A program made the position numbers and the translations under genes. 51,905 nucleotides of DNA, taken from contig DATGDE010000064.1 of the NCBI GenBank assembly GCA_035311125.1, forward strand, positions 1 to 51,905. Direction: 5' to 3'. The notes under the pieces were generated by a model. The model did no database searches and had not been told where the DNA came from. It saw only the letters and a list, made by a program, of their open reading frames with translations. The DNA comes from Gemmatimonadales bacterium. Its GTDB lineage: Bacteria > Gemmatimonadota > Gemmatimonadetes > Gemmatimonadales > GWC2-71-9. This document shows, piece by piece, positions 42,941-51,099 of the stretch (position 1 is its first letter; each line of letters opens with the position of its first letter).

Positions 42941-45085
42941 ATGGGCCGCTTCGCCATTCTCAAGCCGCAGCTGTCGTGGGAGACGGTGCTCACCCGCCGG
43001 GGTGTGGCCGGAGGCGTAGCGCTCCTGGTCATGCTGGGGGTCGGGTTCTCCTGGGGTGCCTGGTCGCGCGTGTGCGCCAACGAGCGCTGCCCCACCATCG
43101 CCCGCCTGATGGGCTCCAACTCGGTTCCTCAGCAGACGTCCAAGGTGTACGCGGCCGACGGCCGGTTGATCACCGAGCTCGGTCTCGAGCGGCGCACCGT
43201 CCTGCCGCTGCGCGAGATCCCGCCCTGGGTGCGGCAGGCGTTTCTCGCCACCGAGGACAAGCGGTTCTATCACCACCACGGCATCGACTACTGGCGCATT
43301 CCCGGCGCGCTCAAGGCGAACCTCGCCGCGCTGAGCTACACGCAGGGTTTTTCCACGATCACGATGCAGCTGGCCCGCAACATCTTCCCGGAGCAGATCA
43401 CCCGCGAGAAGCAGCTGACCCGCAAGCTCAAGGAGGCGCGGGTCGCGATCGAGATCGAGCACAATTTCCCCAAGGACACCATCCTCCAGATGTATCTGAA
43501 CCAGATCGATCTGGGGGCGGGATCGCACGGCGTGGAAGCCGCCGCGCAGGTGTATTTCGGCAAGTCGGCGCGCGACCTGAACGTGGCGGAGGCGGCGACG
43601 CTCGCCGCGATTCCCAAGGCACCCTCCTTCTACAATCCGCGCCTGCACCCCGATCGCGCGGTGCGCCGCCGCAACGTCGTCCTGGAGCTGATGCAGTCGC
43701 AGGGCTTCCTGTCGGCCGATGAGGCCGAGCTGTGGAAGGCCTTCCCGCTGGTGCTCACCAACTCCCGCACCAACTACGGCGATGTCGCGCCGTACTTCGT
43801 GGAATGGCTGCGGACGCAGTACCTCGAGCCGCGCTACGGCCGCGATCTCTACGAGAAAGGGCTGCGGATCTACACGACGCTCGATCTCGACATGCAGGAG
43901 GCGGCCGAGCGGGCGTTGTCGGCGCAGCTCGACGCCATCGAGGCGGGGGTGTACACCGGCGGAAAATGGGACCGGCCCACCTACCGCGACTACCTCGAAT
44001 CGTCCCGGGCCGGACAGGGCGAAGACCACGGCCCGGCGACGCAGTACCTGCAGGGTGCGCTGCTCGCCATGGATACCCGCACCGGGTACATCCGGGCGAT
44101 GATCGGGGGACGCGATTTCGCCGACTCGAAGTTCAACCGCGTCACCCAGGCGAAGCGGGCGCCCGGCTCGACCTTCAAGCCGTTCGTCTATTCGGCCGCC
44201 GTGCGCGCGGGTCACCCCGTCACGGAGATCCTCCAGGACACGCCGCTCGATCAGCCCGTGCTGCAGCCCGACAGCACGTACTGGAATCCCCAGGACTACG
44301 ACCTGACGACCAAGGGTCCGATTCCCATGCGGCAGTCCCTCTACAACTCGCGCAACCTGTCGACGATCAAGCTGGGGATGGCGCTGGGCGAGCAGACGGT
44401 CATCGGCGAGGCTCGACGCTACGGCATCACCACGCCGATTCCTCCGGTCCCGGCGATCCACATCGGCGCCAAGGAGGTGTACCCGATCGAGCTGATCGCC
44501 GCCTACTCCGTCTTCGCCACCCTCGGCACGCGCGCCCAGCCGATCGGCATCATCCGGGTGGAGGACCACAACGGCAATATCCTCTGGCAGCCCGCGATCC
44601 AGCGGGAGCAGGTGATGGATTCGGCCCACACGTGGCTGATGACCGACATGCTCAAGGACGTGGTACGCCGCGGCACGGCGGCGAGCGCGGTGTGGGGGGC
44701 GGGGTTCCAACTGCCGGCGGCGGGGAAGACCGGGACCACCGACGACTACACCGACGCCTGGTACGTCGGGTTCACCCCGGACCTCGTGGCGGGGATCTGG
44801 GTGGGCTACGACTACCTGCAGCGCATCATGAACGACGCGGGCGGCGGCCGCATCGTCGCTCCGGCATGGACCGAGTTCATGCGGGACGTCTACGACCGCC
44901 GCCCGCCGCCGGTCGACTGGGCGCGCCCCGATTCCCTGGTAGCGCGTGAAGTGGACTGGAAGACGGGATACCTGGCGACGCCCTTCTGCCCCGCCTCCGA
45001 CCACCACGTGGACTGGTTCTACCCCGGAACCCAGCCGACCCAGCTCTGCCCGGTGCACGGCGGGATCGGCCCGCTCACGCCCTAG
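42941..45085 (+). CDS. mrcA: penicillin-binding protein 1A (bifunctional transglycosylase/transpeptidase)
   Basis: GT51 motifs (FLATEDKRFYHHHGID, GFSTITMQLARN, RKLKEA) and transpeptidase motifs (STFKP, SRN region, KTGTT). Confidence 0.92.
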   Translation: MGRFAILKPQLSWETVLTRRGVAGGVALLVMLGVGFSWGAWSRVCANERCPTIARLMGSNSVPQQTSKVYAADGRLITELGLERRTVLPLREIPPWVRQAFLATEDKRFYHHHGIDYWRIPGALKANLAALSYTQGFSTITMQLARNIFPEQITREKQLTRKLKEARVAIEIEHNFPKDTILQMYLNQIDLGAGSHGVEAAAQVYFGKSARDLNVAEAATLAAIPKAPSFYNPRLHPDRAVRRRNVVLELMQSQGFLSADEAELWKAFPLVLTNSRTNYGDVAPYFVEWLRTQYLEPRYGRDLYEKGLRIYTTLDLDMQEAAERALSAQLDAIEAGVYTGGKWDRPTYRDYLESSRAGQGEDHGPATQYLQGALLAMDTRTGYIRAMIGGRDFADSKFNRVTQAKRAPGSTFKPFVYSAAVRAGHPVTEILQDTPLDQPVLQPDSTYWNPQDYDLTTKGPIPMRQSLYNSRNLSTIKLGMALGEQTVIGEARRYGITTPIPPVPAIHIGAKEVYPIELIAAYSVFATLGTRAQPIGIIRVEDHNGNILWQPAIQREQVMDSAHTWLMTDMLKDVVRRGTAASAVWGAGFQLPAAGKTGTTDDYTDAWYVGFTPDLVAGIWVGYDYLQRIMNDAGGGRIVAPAWTEFMRDVYDRRPPPVDWARPDSLVAREVDWKTGYLATPFCPASDHHVDWFYPGTQPTQLCPVHGGIGPLTP

Positions 45086-45089
45086 CGCG

Positions 45090-46280
45090 ATGCTTCGCAT
45101 CCGCGCCGGCGTGGTCTTTCCGGTCACGGCGCCGCCGATCGAGGACGGCGCCGTTCTCGTCGGCGCCGACGGCCGCATCGCCGCTGTGGGACCCAACGCG
45201 CGGGTCCCCGCCCCCCGCAATGGCGAGTCGCTCGAATTCCGGGACGGCATCCTCACCCCGGGCCTCGTCAACCTCCACACGCACCTCGAGCTGACGCATC
45301 TCGCCGGCCAGAACGGCGAGCGGGACTTCGCGAAATGGATCCGGCGCGTGCGGGAGCTGAAGGACGCGACGCCGCCCGAGTCGTTTCAGGCCGGCGCGGA
45401 GCGCGGGCTGCACGATTGCTGGGCCCGCGGGGTCACCTGCATCGCGGAGACCGGCAGCACCGGAGCGGCGATGCAGGCCCTGGTCCGCTTCGGCGGCCGG
45501 GGCATCGTGTTTCAGGAGGTGTTCGGCCCATCCCCGTCCCAGGTGCCGGCCAGCATGGCGGAGCTCGAGCAGCAGGTCCTCCGCCTCCGCCGCCTGACGA
45601 CCTCGCAGCGGCGCGTCGGCGTGTCGCCCCACGCGCCGTACACGGTGAGCGAGTCGCTGTTTCGGCGGGTGGCGAACTTCGCGCGGCAGGAGGGGCTCCC
45701 CATCGCCGTGCACGTGGCGGAGTCGCAGGAGGAGACGGAGCTGGTCCGCTACGGCGCCGGGCCGTTCGCCGAAGCCCTGCGATCGCGCGGCATCGTGATC
45801 GAGCCGCACCACTGCTCGCCCGTGCAGTATCTGCATGGATTGGGCGTACTGCGCCCCGGCACCCTCGCCATCCACTGTGTCCAGGTCGACGCGGACGACG
45901 TGCAGACGCTCAAGACAGCGCGTGTGGCCGTCGCCCATTGCCCGCGCTCCAACCGCGCCCACGCGCACGGTACGGCCCCGATCTCCCTCTTGCGCGAAGC
46001 CGGGGTGACGATCGGGATCGGCACCGACTCGCTGGCGAGCGTACCCGACCTGGACGTCTGGGCCGAGGCACGCGTCTCGTGGTTCGGTGCCGAGGAAGCG
46101 CTGCGGGTCCTCACCATCGAAGGGGCGCTGGCCCTGGGGTGGGAACGGGAGATCGGTTCCCTCGAGAAGGGCAAGGCGGGCGATTTGGCGGTGTTCGGCT
46201 ATTCACCGCCGCAGCGCCTGCCGCCGCCTCCGGGTGCACTCCTGACCGTCATCGCCGGCCGTGTAGTGCACCGGGGGTAA
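45090..46280 (+). CDS. amidohydrolase family protein (chlorohydrolase / aminodeoxyfutalosine-deaminase-like)
   Basis: GLVNLHTHLELT (HxH), VHVAES, AIHCV, GTDS: metal-dependent amidohydrolase motifs. Internal ATG 45090 lies 4 nt after the mrcA stop. Confidence 0.8.
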   Translation: MLRIRAGVVFPVTAPPIEDGAVLVGADGRIAAVGPNARVPAPRNGESLEFRDGILTPGLVNLHTHLELTHLAGQNGERDFAKWIRRVRELKDATPPESFQAGAERGLHDCWARGVTCIAETGSTGAAMQALVRFGGRGIVFQEVFGPSPSQVPASMAELEQQVLRLRRLTTSQRRVGVSPHAPYTVSESLFRRVANFARQEGLPIAVHVAESQEETELVRYGAGPFAEALRSRGIVIEPHHCSPVQYLHGLGVLRPGTLAIHCVQVDADDVQTLKTARVAVAHCPRSNRAHAHGTAPISLLREAGVTIGIGTDSLASVPDLDVWAEARVSWFGAEEALRVLTIEGALALGWEREIGSLEKGKAGDLAVFGYSPPQRLPPPPGALLTVIAGRVVHRG

Positions 46281-46300
46281 GCGACTTAACCCCCGGTCTT
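46271..46300 (+). terminator. hairpin spanning the amidohydrolase stop codon (CCGGGGG...CCCCCGG) followed by TCTT
   Basis: ccgggggtaagcgacttaacccccgg, 46271-46296. A 7-bp GC stem, extendable, then tctt. Confidence 0.45.
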
Positions 46301-46327
46301 GCCGAACGTTAGAAGTCCGAGTAGGAT
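46299..46327 (+). promoter_or_regulatory. sigma-70-like promoter TTGCCG-17-TAGGAT upstream of the HNH gene leader
   Basis: TTGCCG 46299-46304, TAGGAT 46322-46327. Same hexamer types as the other promoters in the window, but here about 56 nt upstream of the start codon. Confidence 0.45.
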
Positions 46328-46335
46328 GTGGGAGG

Positions 46336-46372
46336 GCCGCCCGTTCCCGGCGAGCGTGGCGGCTGTTTTTGT
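46336..46372 (+). terminator. terminator/attenuator-like hairpin GCCGCC-N16-GGCGGC followed by TGTTTTTGT
   Basis: gccgcc 46336-46341 pairs with ggcggc 46358-46363. The T-run at 46364-46372 is conspicuous in a ~70% GC genome. It lies 18 nt upstream of GTG 46390. Confidence 0.45.
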
Positions 46373-46389
46373 ATCAGGCGAGGTAACCC

Positions 46390-46941
46390 GTGCGTTGTCT
46401 AGCGCTTAACGCGTCGTTCGAGCCCCTGACCATGGTGCCCGTGCGCCGCGCCCTGCGCCTCGTGATCGACGGCAAGGCCGAGATCGTCGAGGCCGACAAG
46501 GGCGAGGTCGTGCGCAGCGCGCGCCTCGAGCTGCCTCGCCCGGCGGTCATCCGGCTGATGAAGTTCGTCCACGTGCCGCGGCGCTTCCGGCGTCAGGTGA
46601 CCAACACGTTCCTGTTCGCCCGCGACGAGTACCGCTGCCAGTTCTGCGGCCGTCACCAGAACCAGCTGCGGCATCGCGAATGCCTGACCCGCGACCACCT
46701 GATCCCGCTGTCGCGCGGCGGGACGAACGGCTGGAACAACGTCCTGACGGCGTGCTCGACCTGCAACACGCGCAAGGGCAACCTCCTCCCCGAGGAGGTG
46801 GGGATGCACCCGCTGCGCTCGCCGATGGAGCCGCATTTCGTCCATCTCGCGTGGGCGGTGCGACGGCTCACGCCGACGCAGTCTCGCTACATCCGGCTGT
46901 TCTACGGCGCGGCCGTTCTGCGGACCCTCGAGGAGATGTGA
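46390..46941 (+). CDS. HNH endonuclease (standalone, about 183 aa)
   Basis: CQFCG...DHLIPLSRGGTNGWNNVLTACSTCNTRKG: HNH with flanking CxxC pairs. GTG start with a GAGG 6 nt upstream. Confidence 0.85.
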   Translation: MRCLALNASFEPLTMVPVRRALRLVIDGKAEIVEADKGEVVRSARLELPRPAVIRLMKFVHVPRRFRRQVTNTFLFARDEYRCQFCGRHQNQLRHRECLTRDHLIPLSRGGTNGWNNVLTACSTCNTRKGNLLPEEVGMHPLRSPMEPHFVHLAWAVRRLTPTQSRYIRLFYGAAVLRTLEEM

Positions 46942-47339
46942 GCGGCAAGACGTTGCCGTGGGTGGTGGCAGGTGGAGCGGTTGTGGCCCTCGGTGCCGTC
47001 CTGCTGGCGGGTCGGGGTCACGGCTCCCACCATCCCGAGCCGCGCTCCGGGGTGACCGCGATCGGCGTCCTGCAGCCAGAGGCGGTGCCGCGCGTTCCCG
47101 GCGCGATCGAGGCCTATGCGGCGGCGCGCAGCGCCCCGGCGCTGCTCGACGGCCTCTACTGTCACTGCCACTGCCGCGAGAACGCCAACCACCGGTCGCT
47201 GCTCACCTGCTTCGAGTCGGAGCACGGAGCGTACTGCGACATCTGTATGAACGAAGCGGTGCTGGCGACTCAAATGGCAGCGGGCGGCAGTTCCCTCACG
47301 CAGATCCGTCAGGCGATCGACGCCCGCTTCGGCAGTTAG
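46938..47339 (+). CDS. membrane-anchored Cys/His-rich protein (CxCxC...CF...HG..CxxC; resembles the PCYCGC/CYCXC family)
   Basis: C-terminal part of track ORF 46680..47339. GTG 46938 forms a GTGA overlap with the HNH stop. TM helix WVVAGGAVVALGAVLLA, then LYCHCHCRENANHRSLLTCFESEHGAYCDICMNEA. Confidence 0.55.
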   Translation: MSGKTLPWVVAGGAVVALGAVLLAGRGHGSHHPEPRSGVTAIGVLQPEAVPRVPGAIEAYAAARSAPALLDGLYCHCHCRENANHRSLLTCFESEHGAYCDICMNEAVLATQMAAGGSSLTQIRQAIDARFGS

Positions 47340-47342
47340 GCC

Positions 47343-47963
47343 CTAGCGGTTCACTTCACCAGGGAACTCGTCCGAGCGCGCGTCCAGCGTCAGCGTCGGC
47401 AACCCGGCGATCCGTACCAGGGCTCGCTGCGCTCCATGAGCCAACGCCTGCCCCAGGTTCTCCCGGCCCGAGACCGCCGGCGTGACGTCTCCCCTCAGCC
47501 AGCGCGTCAGCTCCTCGAGATCCGTGTCGTTCAACGTCGTGACATCCAGCCGGGCGATCAGGTAGAACCGGCCGCCCCCGCTGGTCTCCAACGTCACCCG
47601 GTAGGGCACCGCCAGCGCCTGGGCGAGGTCTTCGGTCGTGTTGTAGCGGGTCACGGTGCCGCCGGTCCGGATGAGGACGAATTCCTCCGCCAGCGGATCG
47701 TCCCGCGCGACGGCGTCCCAGTCGACGCCCGTGATGTAGCGGTCGAACCATCCGGAGCGATCCTTCCACAGTTCCAGCCGGAAATGCAGACGGAGCGGGA
47801 AGCCGGATCGCATTAGCTCCACGAACTTCCCGTCATCGAGCAGGCCGAACGCCTGCACGCGGGCGACCGAGCCGTCCCGGGTGACGGTGAGCGCCGGCCC
47901 CGGCGGAACGAACCGCAGCGCCGCCGCGGCGATGAGGCCGGGCACCAGGAGCCAGCGGCGCAC
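47343..47963 (-). CDS. DUF4390-like protein
   Basis: Signal/TM segment RRWLLVPGLIAAAAL, then GFPLRLHFRLELWKDRSGWFDRYI...YRVTLETSGGGRFYLIARLDV, a pattern I associate with DUF4390. GTG 47963 lies just after the upstream TAG. Confidence 0.55.
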   Translation of the reverse strand: MRRWLLVPGLIAAAALRFVPPGPALTVTRDGSVARVQAFGLLDDGKFVELMRSGFPLRLHFRLELWKDRSGWFDRYITGVDWDAVARDDPLAEEFVLIRTGGTVTRYNTTEDLAQALAVPYRVTLETSGGGRFYLIARLDVTTLNDTDLEELTRWLRGDVTPAVSGRENLGQALAHGAQRALVRIAGLPTLTLDARSDEFPGEVNR

Positions 47964-47965
47964 GA

Positions 47966-49717
47966 CTAGAACCGGTGCTCCAGCCGGGCGGTCAGCCGCA
48001 CCGCCTGTCCGGAGGTCACTGCCTTGGCCAGGTAGACGCCGAACCCACCCCAGTCCACGCCGAGCCCGAGGTCCGCCCGCCAACTGTCCAGGCCGGGGAG
48101 CCGGCCGCTCGGGACCCGTCCCGGACCGGTTCCGACCAGCCACGCCTGTCCCGCGTCTCCGAAGACCACGAAGTCCGGCCCGCTCAGGAACCGGGTCACG
48201 TACCCCAGCCCCGTGGCCTCTCCCGTCTCGGGGTCGTAGCGGGTGCGGAGCGAGATGTGCCCGCGATACTCCGCCTGCACGGCGATCACCCGGTCGCACG
48301 CGGCGACGTTGGTGCCCGCGTACACGGCGTCGGTCACGAGCGCATTGCACGCGCCCTGACGGAAGTCGTACCCGGGCAGAGGTTCCGGTCCCCCGATGCT
48401 GAGTCGCTTCTGCAACGGAAGCGGGTCGCCGCCCGTCCACCCGGCCAGCAGCAGACGCAGGTTGAGCCGGCCCTGGGCGCTGAGACGGTTGTAGCGGCGG
48501 AAGTCGAGCAACGCCCGCGTGGAGCGATACGCCCCCAGCAGCGCAGTCGAGTCGCGCACCGCGCTCGCGAACCCGGGGGCCGGCCGGACGTCGTGGCTCG
48601 AGATGACGTCGAACGTCGCGCGCAGGTACCATCCCGAGGTCGGCTGGGAGCGATCGTTGCGCGTGTCGAGCGTGACGCCGGGAGACACCGTCGTGTAATG
48701 GCCGTTGTCGATGGGCGGGTTGGGTCGCCACGGCCTCCCGGTCCGCGACAGGGTCCAGGGGTCCCGGGCGGCGACGCTCGCCTGGCGCTCGCGGCGCAGC
48801 TCCACGCCGAGCGAGAGGGGCGCCTCCGCCTGCCAGCCAAGTCGCACGCCTACCCCGTTGTCGCGGTAGTAGTCGCGATAATCACGCCGCACGAAGAACG
48901 CCTCCCACCCGATCTCGTTGGCGTGCAGCCCCCAATCCTCGACCGGGGTGACGAGGTCGAACCCGCGCAGCGTCAGCGACACCGGGCGGCGGTCGCCGAG
49001 GCGCAGCTCGAGGCGAGTGTTGTATCCGAGATCGCAGCATTCGCCGCTGATCGAACGAGCCGTGCGGAATACTCCCATCGCGCCGCCGCGCAGCGCCACG
49101 CCGTGACCCAGCGAGAGGTCCACGGTCGGCCCGGCGATGATCGGCAGCCCCTCTACCCGGTTGTAGGTGCCGCCCGTGGCGAGTACCAGGCTGGAGTGTG
49201 AAGTGCCTCGGCCGAAGATGTAACGGGCCGCGAGGCTGAAACGACGGGTGAGGTCGGGGGCGTGGACCAGGGTGTCTCCCACCAGCCGATAGGGGAGGGG
49301 CTCGGCGTAGAGGCGCACCGTGCCGGCCACCGCCTCCCGGCTGCCGAGGAGCGTCCCGCCGATGACGATGAGATCGCCGGTGATCCGCGCGGTGGTGTCG
49401 AGGGTGACGGACCCGTTGAGAAGCAGCAGCGCGCCCTCCACGCGTCCCGCGATGAACGCCGGGCCGTTGCGGATGGCCACGTTGCCCGACCACGTGTTGC
49501 CGGCCGGGAGGCGAACGCGGCCCACGAGATGCGTGGTGGTCGGCGCGTTGTAGAACTGCACCGCCTCCACCACGACCGCATGCGGCAGCTCCGGCGGGGT
49601 GAGATGCAGTCCGGCGCTTTCGGGGTGGATGACGATCGCCGTGTCCTGTGCGACGAGCGGCCGGGCGAGGCAGAGCGCGGCGCCGAGCAGCGGGACGAGG
49701 GGGAGTCGGAGGCTCAT
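47966..49717 (-). CDS. outer-membrane protein: N-terminal beta-helix-like repeat region plus Omp85/surface-antigen (D15)-type beta-barrel
   Basis: Signal peptide MSLRLPLVPLLGAALCLARPLVAQD. Bactofilin-like repeat text (GNVAIRNGPAFIAGRVEGALLLLNGSVTLDTTARITGDLIVIGGTLLG). Barrel motifs (LSIGGPEPLPGYDF, FGDAGQAW) and a terminal ...ARLEHRF. Confidence 0.7.
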   Translation of the reverse strand: MSLRLPLVPLLGAALCLARPLVAQDTAIVIHPESAGLHLTPPELPHAVVVEAVQFYNAPTTTHLVGRVRLPAGNTWSGNVAIRNGPAFIAGRVEGALLLLNGSVTLDTTARITGDLIVIGGTLLGSREAVAGTVRLYAEPLPYRLVGDTLVHAPDLTRRFSLAARYIFGRGTSHSSLVLATGGTYNRVEGLPIIAGPTVDLSLGHGVALRGGAMGVFRTARSISGECCDLGYNTRLELRLGDRRPVSLTLRGFDLVTPVEDWGLHANEIGWEAFFVRRDYRDYYRDNGVGVRLGWQAEAPLSLGVELRRERQASVAARDPWTLSRTGRPWRPNPPIDNGHYTTVSPGVTLDTRNDRSQPTSGWYLRATFDVISSHDVRPAPGFASAVRDSTALLGAYRSTRALLDFRRYNRLSAQGRLNLRLLLAGWTGGDPLPLQKRLSIGGPEPLPGYDFRQGACNALVTDAVYAGTNVAACDRVIAVQAEYRGHISLRTRYDPETGEATGLGYVTRFLSGPDFVVFGDAGQAWLVGTGPGRVPSGRLPGLDSWRADLGLGVDWGGFGVYLAKAVTSGQAVRLTARLEHRF

Positions 49718-51099
49718 TCCGCGAGGTGGCGGGGCGGCTCGAGCCCGAGCCGGCGCATCCGCCGGTAGAGGTTGGCACGGTCGGTGGACAGGCGCCGGGC
49801 GGCGTCGGCGACGTTGCCGGTGGCTGCCGAGAGGGCGGCGGCGATCAGCTGCCGCTCGTAACGATCGAGCGCGTCGGCCAGCGGGAGGTCGGGTCCGGTC
49901 GGCGTGCTCCCCGCGCCGCTCCTGGCGACGACGGCGTCGGGCGGGAGCACGCGCAGCACGTCCTCGGCGGTGATCGCATCGGTCGCCGCGAGGATCGCGA
50001 GCCGCTCCACCAGGTTGCCGAGCTCCCGGACGTTGCCCGGCCAGCGGTACGCCACCAGCAGCTGCAGCGCACCGGCATCCATCGTGAGGGAGCGGCCGAG
50101 GCGCGCCGCCTGGCGGGCCAGGAAGTGGCGCACCAGCGGCGCGATATCTTCGCTGCGCTCCCGCAGCGGGGGGATGTGCACCGGCAGTACGTCGAGCCGG
50201 AACAGCAGGTCGTCGCGGAACTTGCCCTCGCGCGACGCGCGCGCCAGGTCCTTGTTCGTGGCGGCAATGACCCGCACATCGACGGTGATCGGCCGCTCTC
50301 CCCCGACCCGCTCGATGACGCCGGTTTCGAGCACGCGCAGCAGCTTCGCCTGGGCCTCCTGCCCCAGGTCGCCAACCTCGTCGAGGAACAGCGTCCCGCC
50401 GTCCGCCAGCTCGAATCGTCCCAGCCGCCGCTCGCCCGCCCCGGTGAACGCGCCCTTCTCGTGGCCGAACAGCTCGGACTCGACCAGATCGCGGGGAATC
50501 GCGGCGCTGTTTACGGTGACGAACGGCCGGGTGGCCCGGCCGCTCTGGCGGTGAATCGCCGACGCGACGAGCTCCTTGCCGGTGCCGGACTCCCCGGTGA
50601 TGAGCACGCGGGCGTCGGTCGGCGCGATGCGCGCGATCAGGGCGCGCAGCTCGTCCATGGCCGCGCTCACCCCTACCAGCGGGTCGGCGTGGCCCAACGC
50701 CTCATGCAGCCGGCGGTTCTCGGCCCGGGCGCGCGACAGCTCCAGCGCGCTCCGGATGGCGACCAGCAGCCCCTCGGGCGTGAGCGGCTTCTCCAGGAAC
50801 TGAAAGGCGCCGAGCTTGGTGGCGCGGACCGCGTCGGCGAGCGACGCCTTGCCACTCATCATCACGACGGGGACGTCGGGGAGCGCCCGCTTCAGCTCTT
50901 CGAGCGTCGCGAGACCGTCCGGCCCTCCCGGCATCATGAGGTCCAGCAGGATCGCATCGGGTGGCGTCTCGCGCACCGCCGCCAGCGCCGCCGCGCCGTT
51001 CGGTGCGTCGGCGATCTCGTAGCCCTCCTCCTGGAGCAGGGCTCCGACCATGCGACGGATGTTGTGCTCATCGTCCACCAGCAGGACGCGCGGGCTCAT
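49714..51099 (-). CDS. sigma-54-dependent response regulator (NtrC family)
   Basis: REC domain (VLLVDDE, ILLDLMMPG), AAA+ domain (GESGTGKELVA, GAFTGA, ESELFGHEKGAFTGA), C-terminal Fis-type HTH (NVADAARRLSTDRANLYRRM). Confidence 0.92.
   Translation of the reverse strand: MSPRVLLVDDEHNIRRMVGALLQEEGYEIADAPNGAAALAAVRETPPDAILLDLMMPGGPDGLATLEELKRALPDVPVVMMSGKASLADAVRATKLGAFQFLEKPLTPEGLLVAIRSALELSRARAENRRLHEALGHADPLVGVSAAMDELRALIARIAPTDARVLITGESGTGKELVASAIHRQSGRATRPFVTVNSAAIPRDLVESELFGHEKGAFTGAGERRLGRFELADGGTLFLDEVGDLGQEAQAKLLRVLETGVIERVGGERPITVDVRVIAATNKDLARASREGKFRDDLLFRLDVLPVHIPPLRERSEDIAPLVRHFLARQAARLGRSLTMDAGALQLLVAYRWPGNVRELGNLVERLAILAATDAITAEDVLRVLPPDAVVARSGAGSTPTGPDLPLADALDRYERQLIAAALSAATGNVADAARRLSTDRANLYRRMRRLGLEPPRHLAE

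Noticed and set aside
42872-45280. N-terminal 800 aa of the 1223-aa track ORF 41609..45280. Likewise the long N-terminal extensions of ORFs 3014..3943, 3214..4389, 5299..6354, 31113..32903, 31781..33874, 32863..35832, 38432..40147 and 47343..48731.
   Set aside because: Only the C-terminal parts match known families (TyrS, ThiS, ThiE, YajC, YdjC, kinases, patatin, DUF4390). Internal ATG/GTG codons sit exactly on the stop codon of the upstream gene (ATGA/GTGA). The extensions are low-complexity and antisense to, or out of frame with, real genes such as mrcA.
46390-46941. HNH endonuclease as part of a restriction-modification system, a homing endonuclease or a mobile element.
   Set aside because: There is no adjacent methyltransferase, intron, intein, transposase or repeats. 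Its size and N-terminal region match the widespread standalone chromosomal HNH family.
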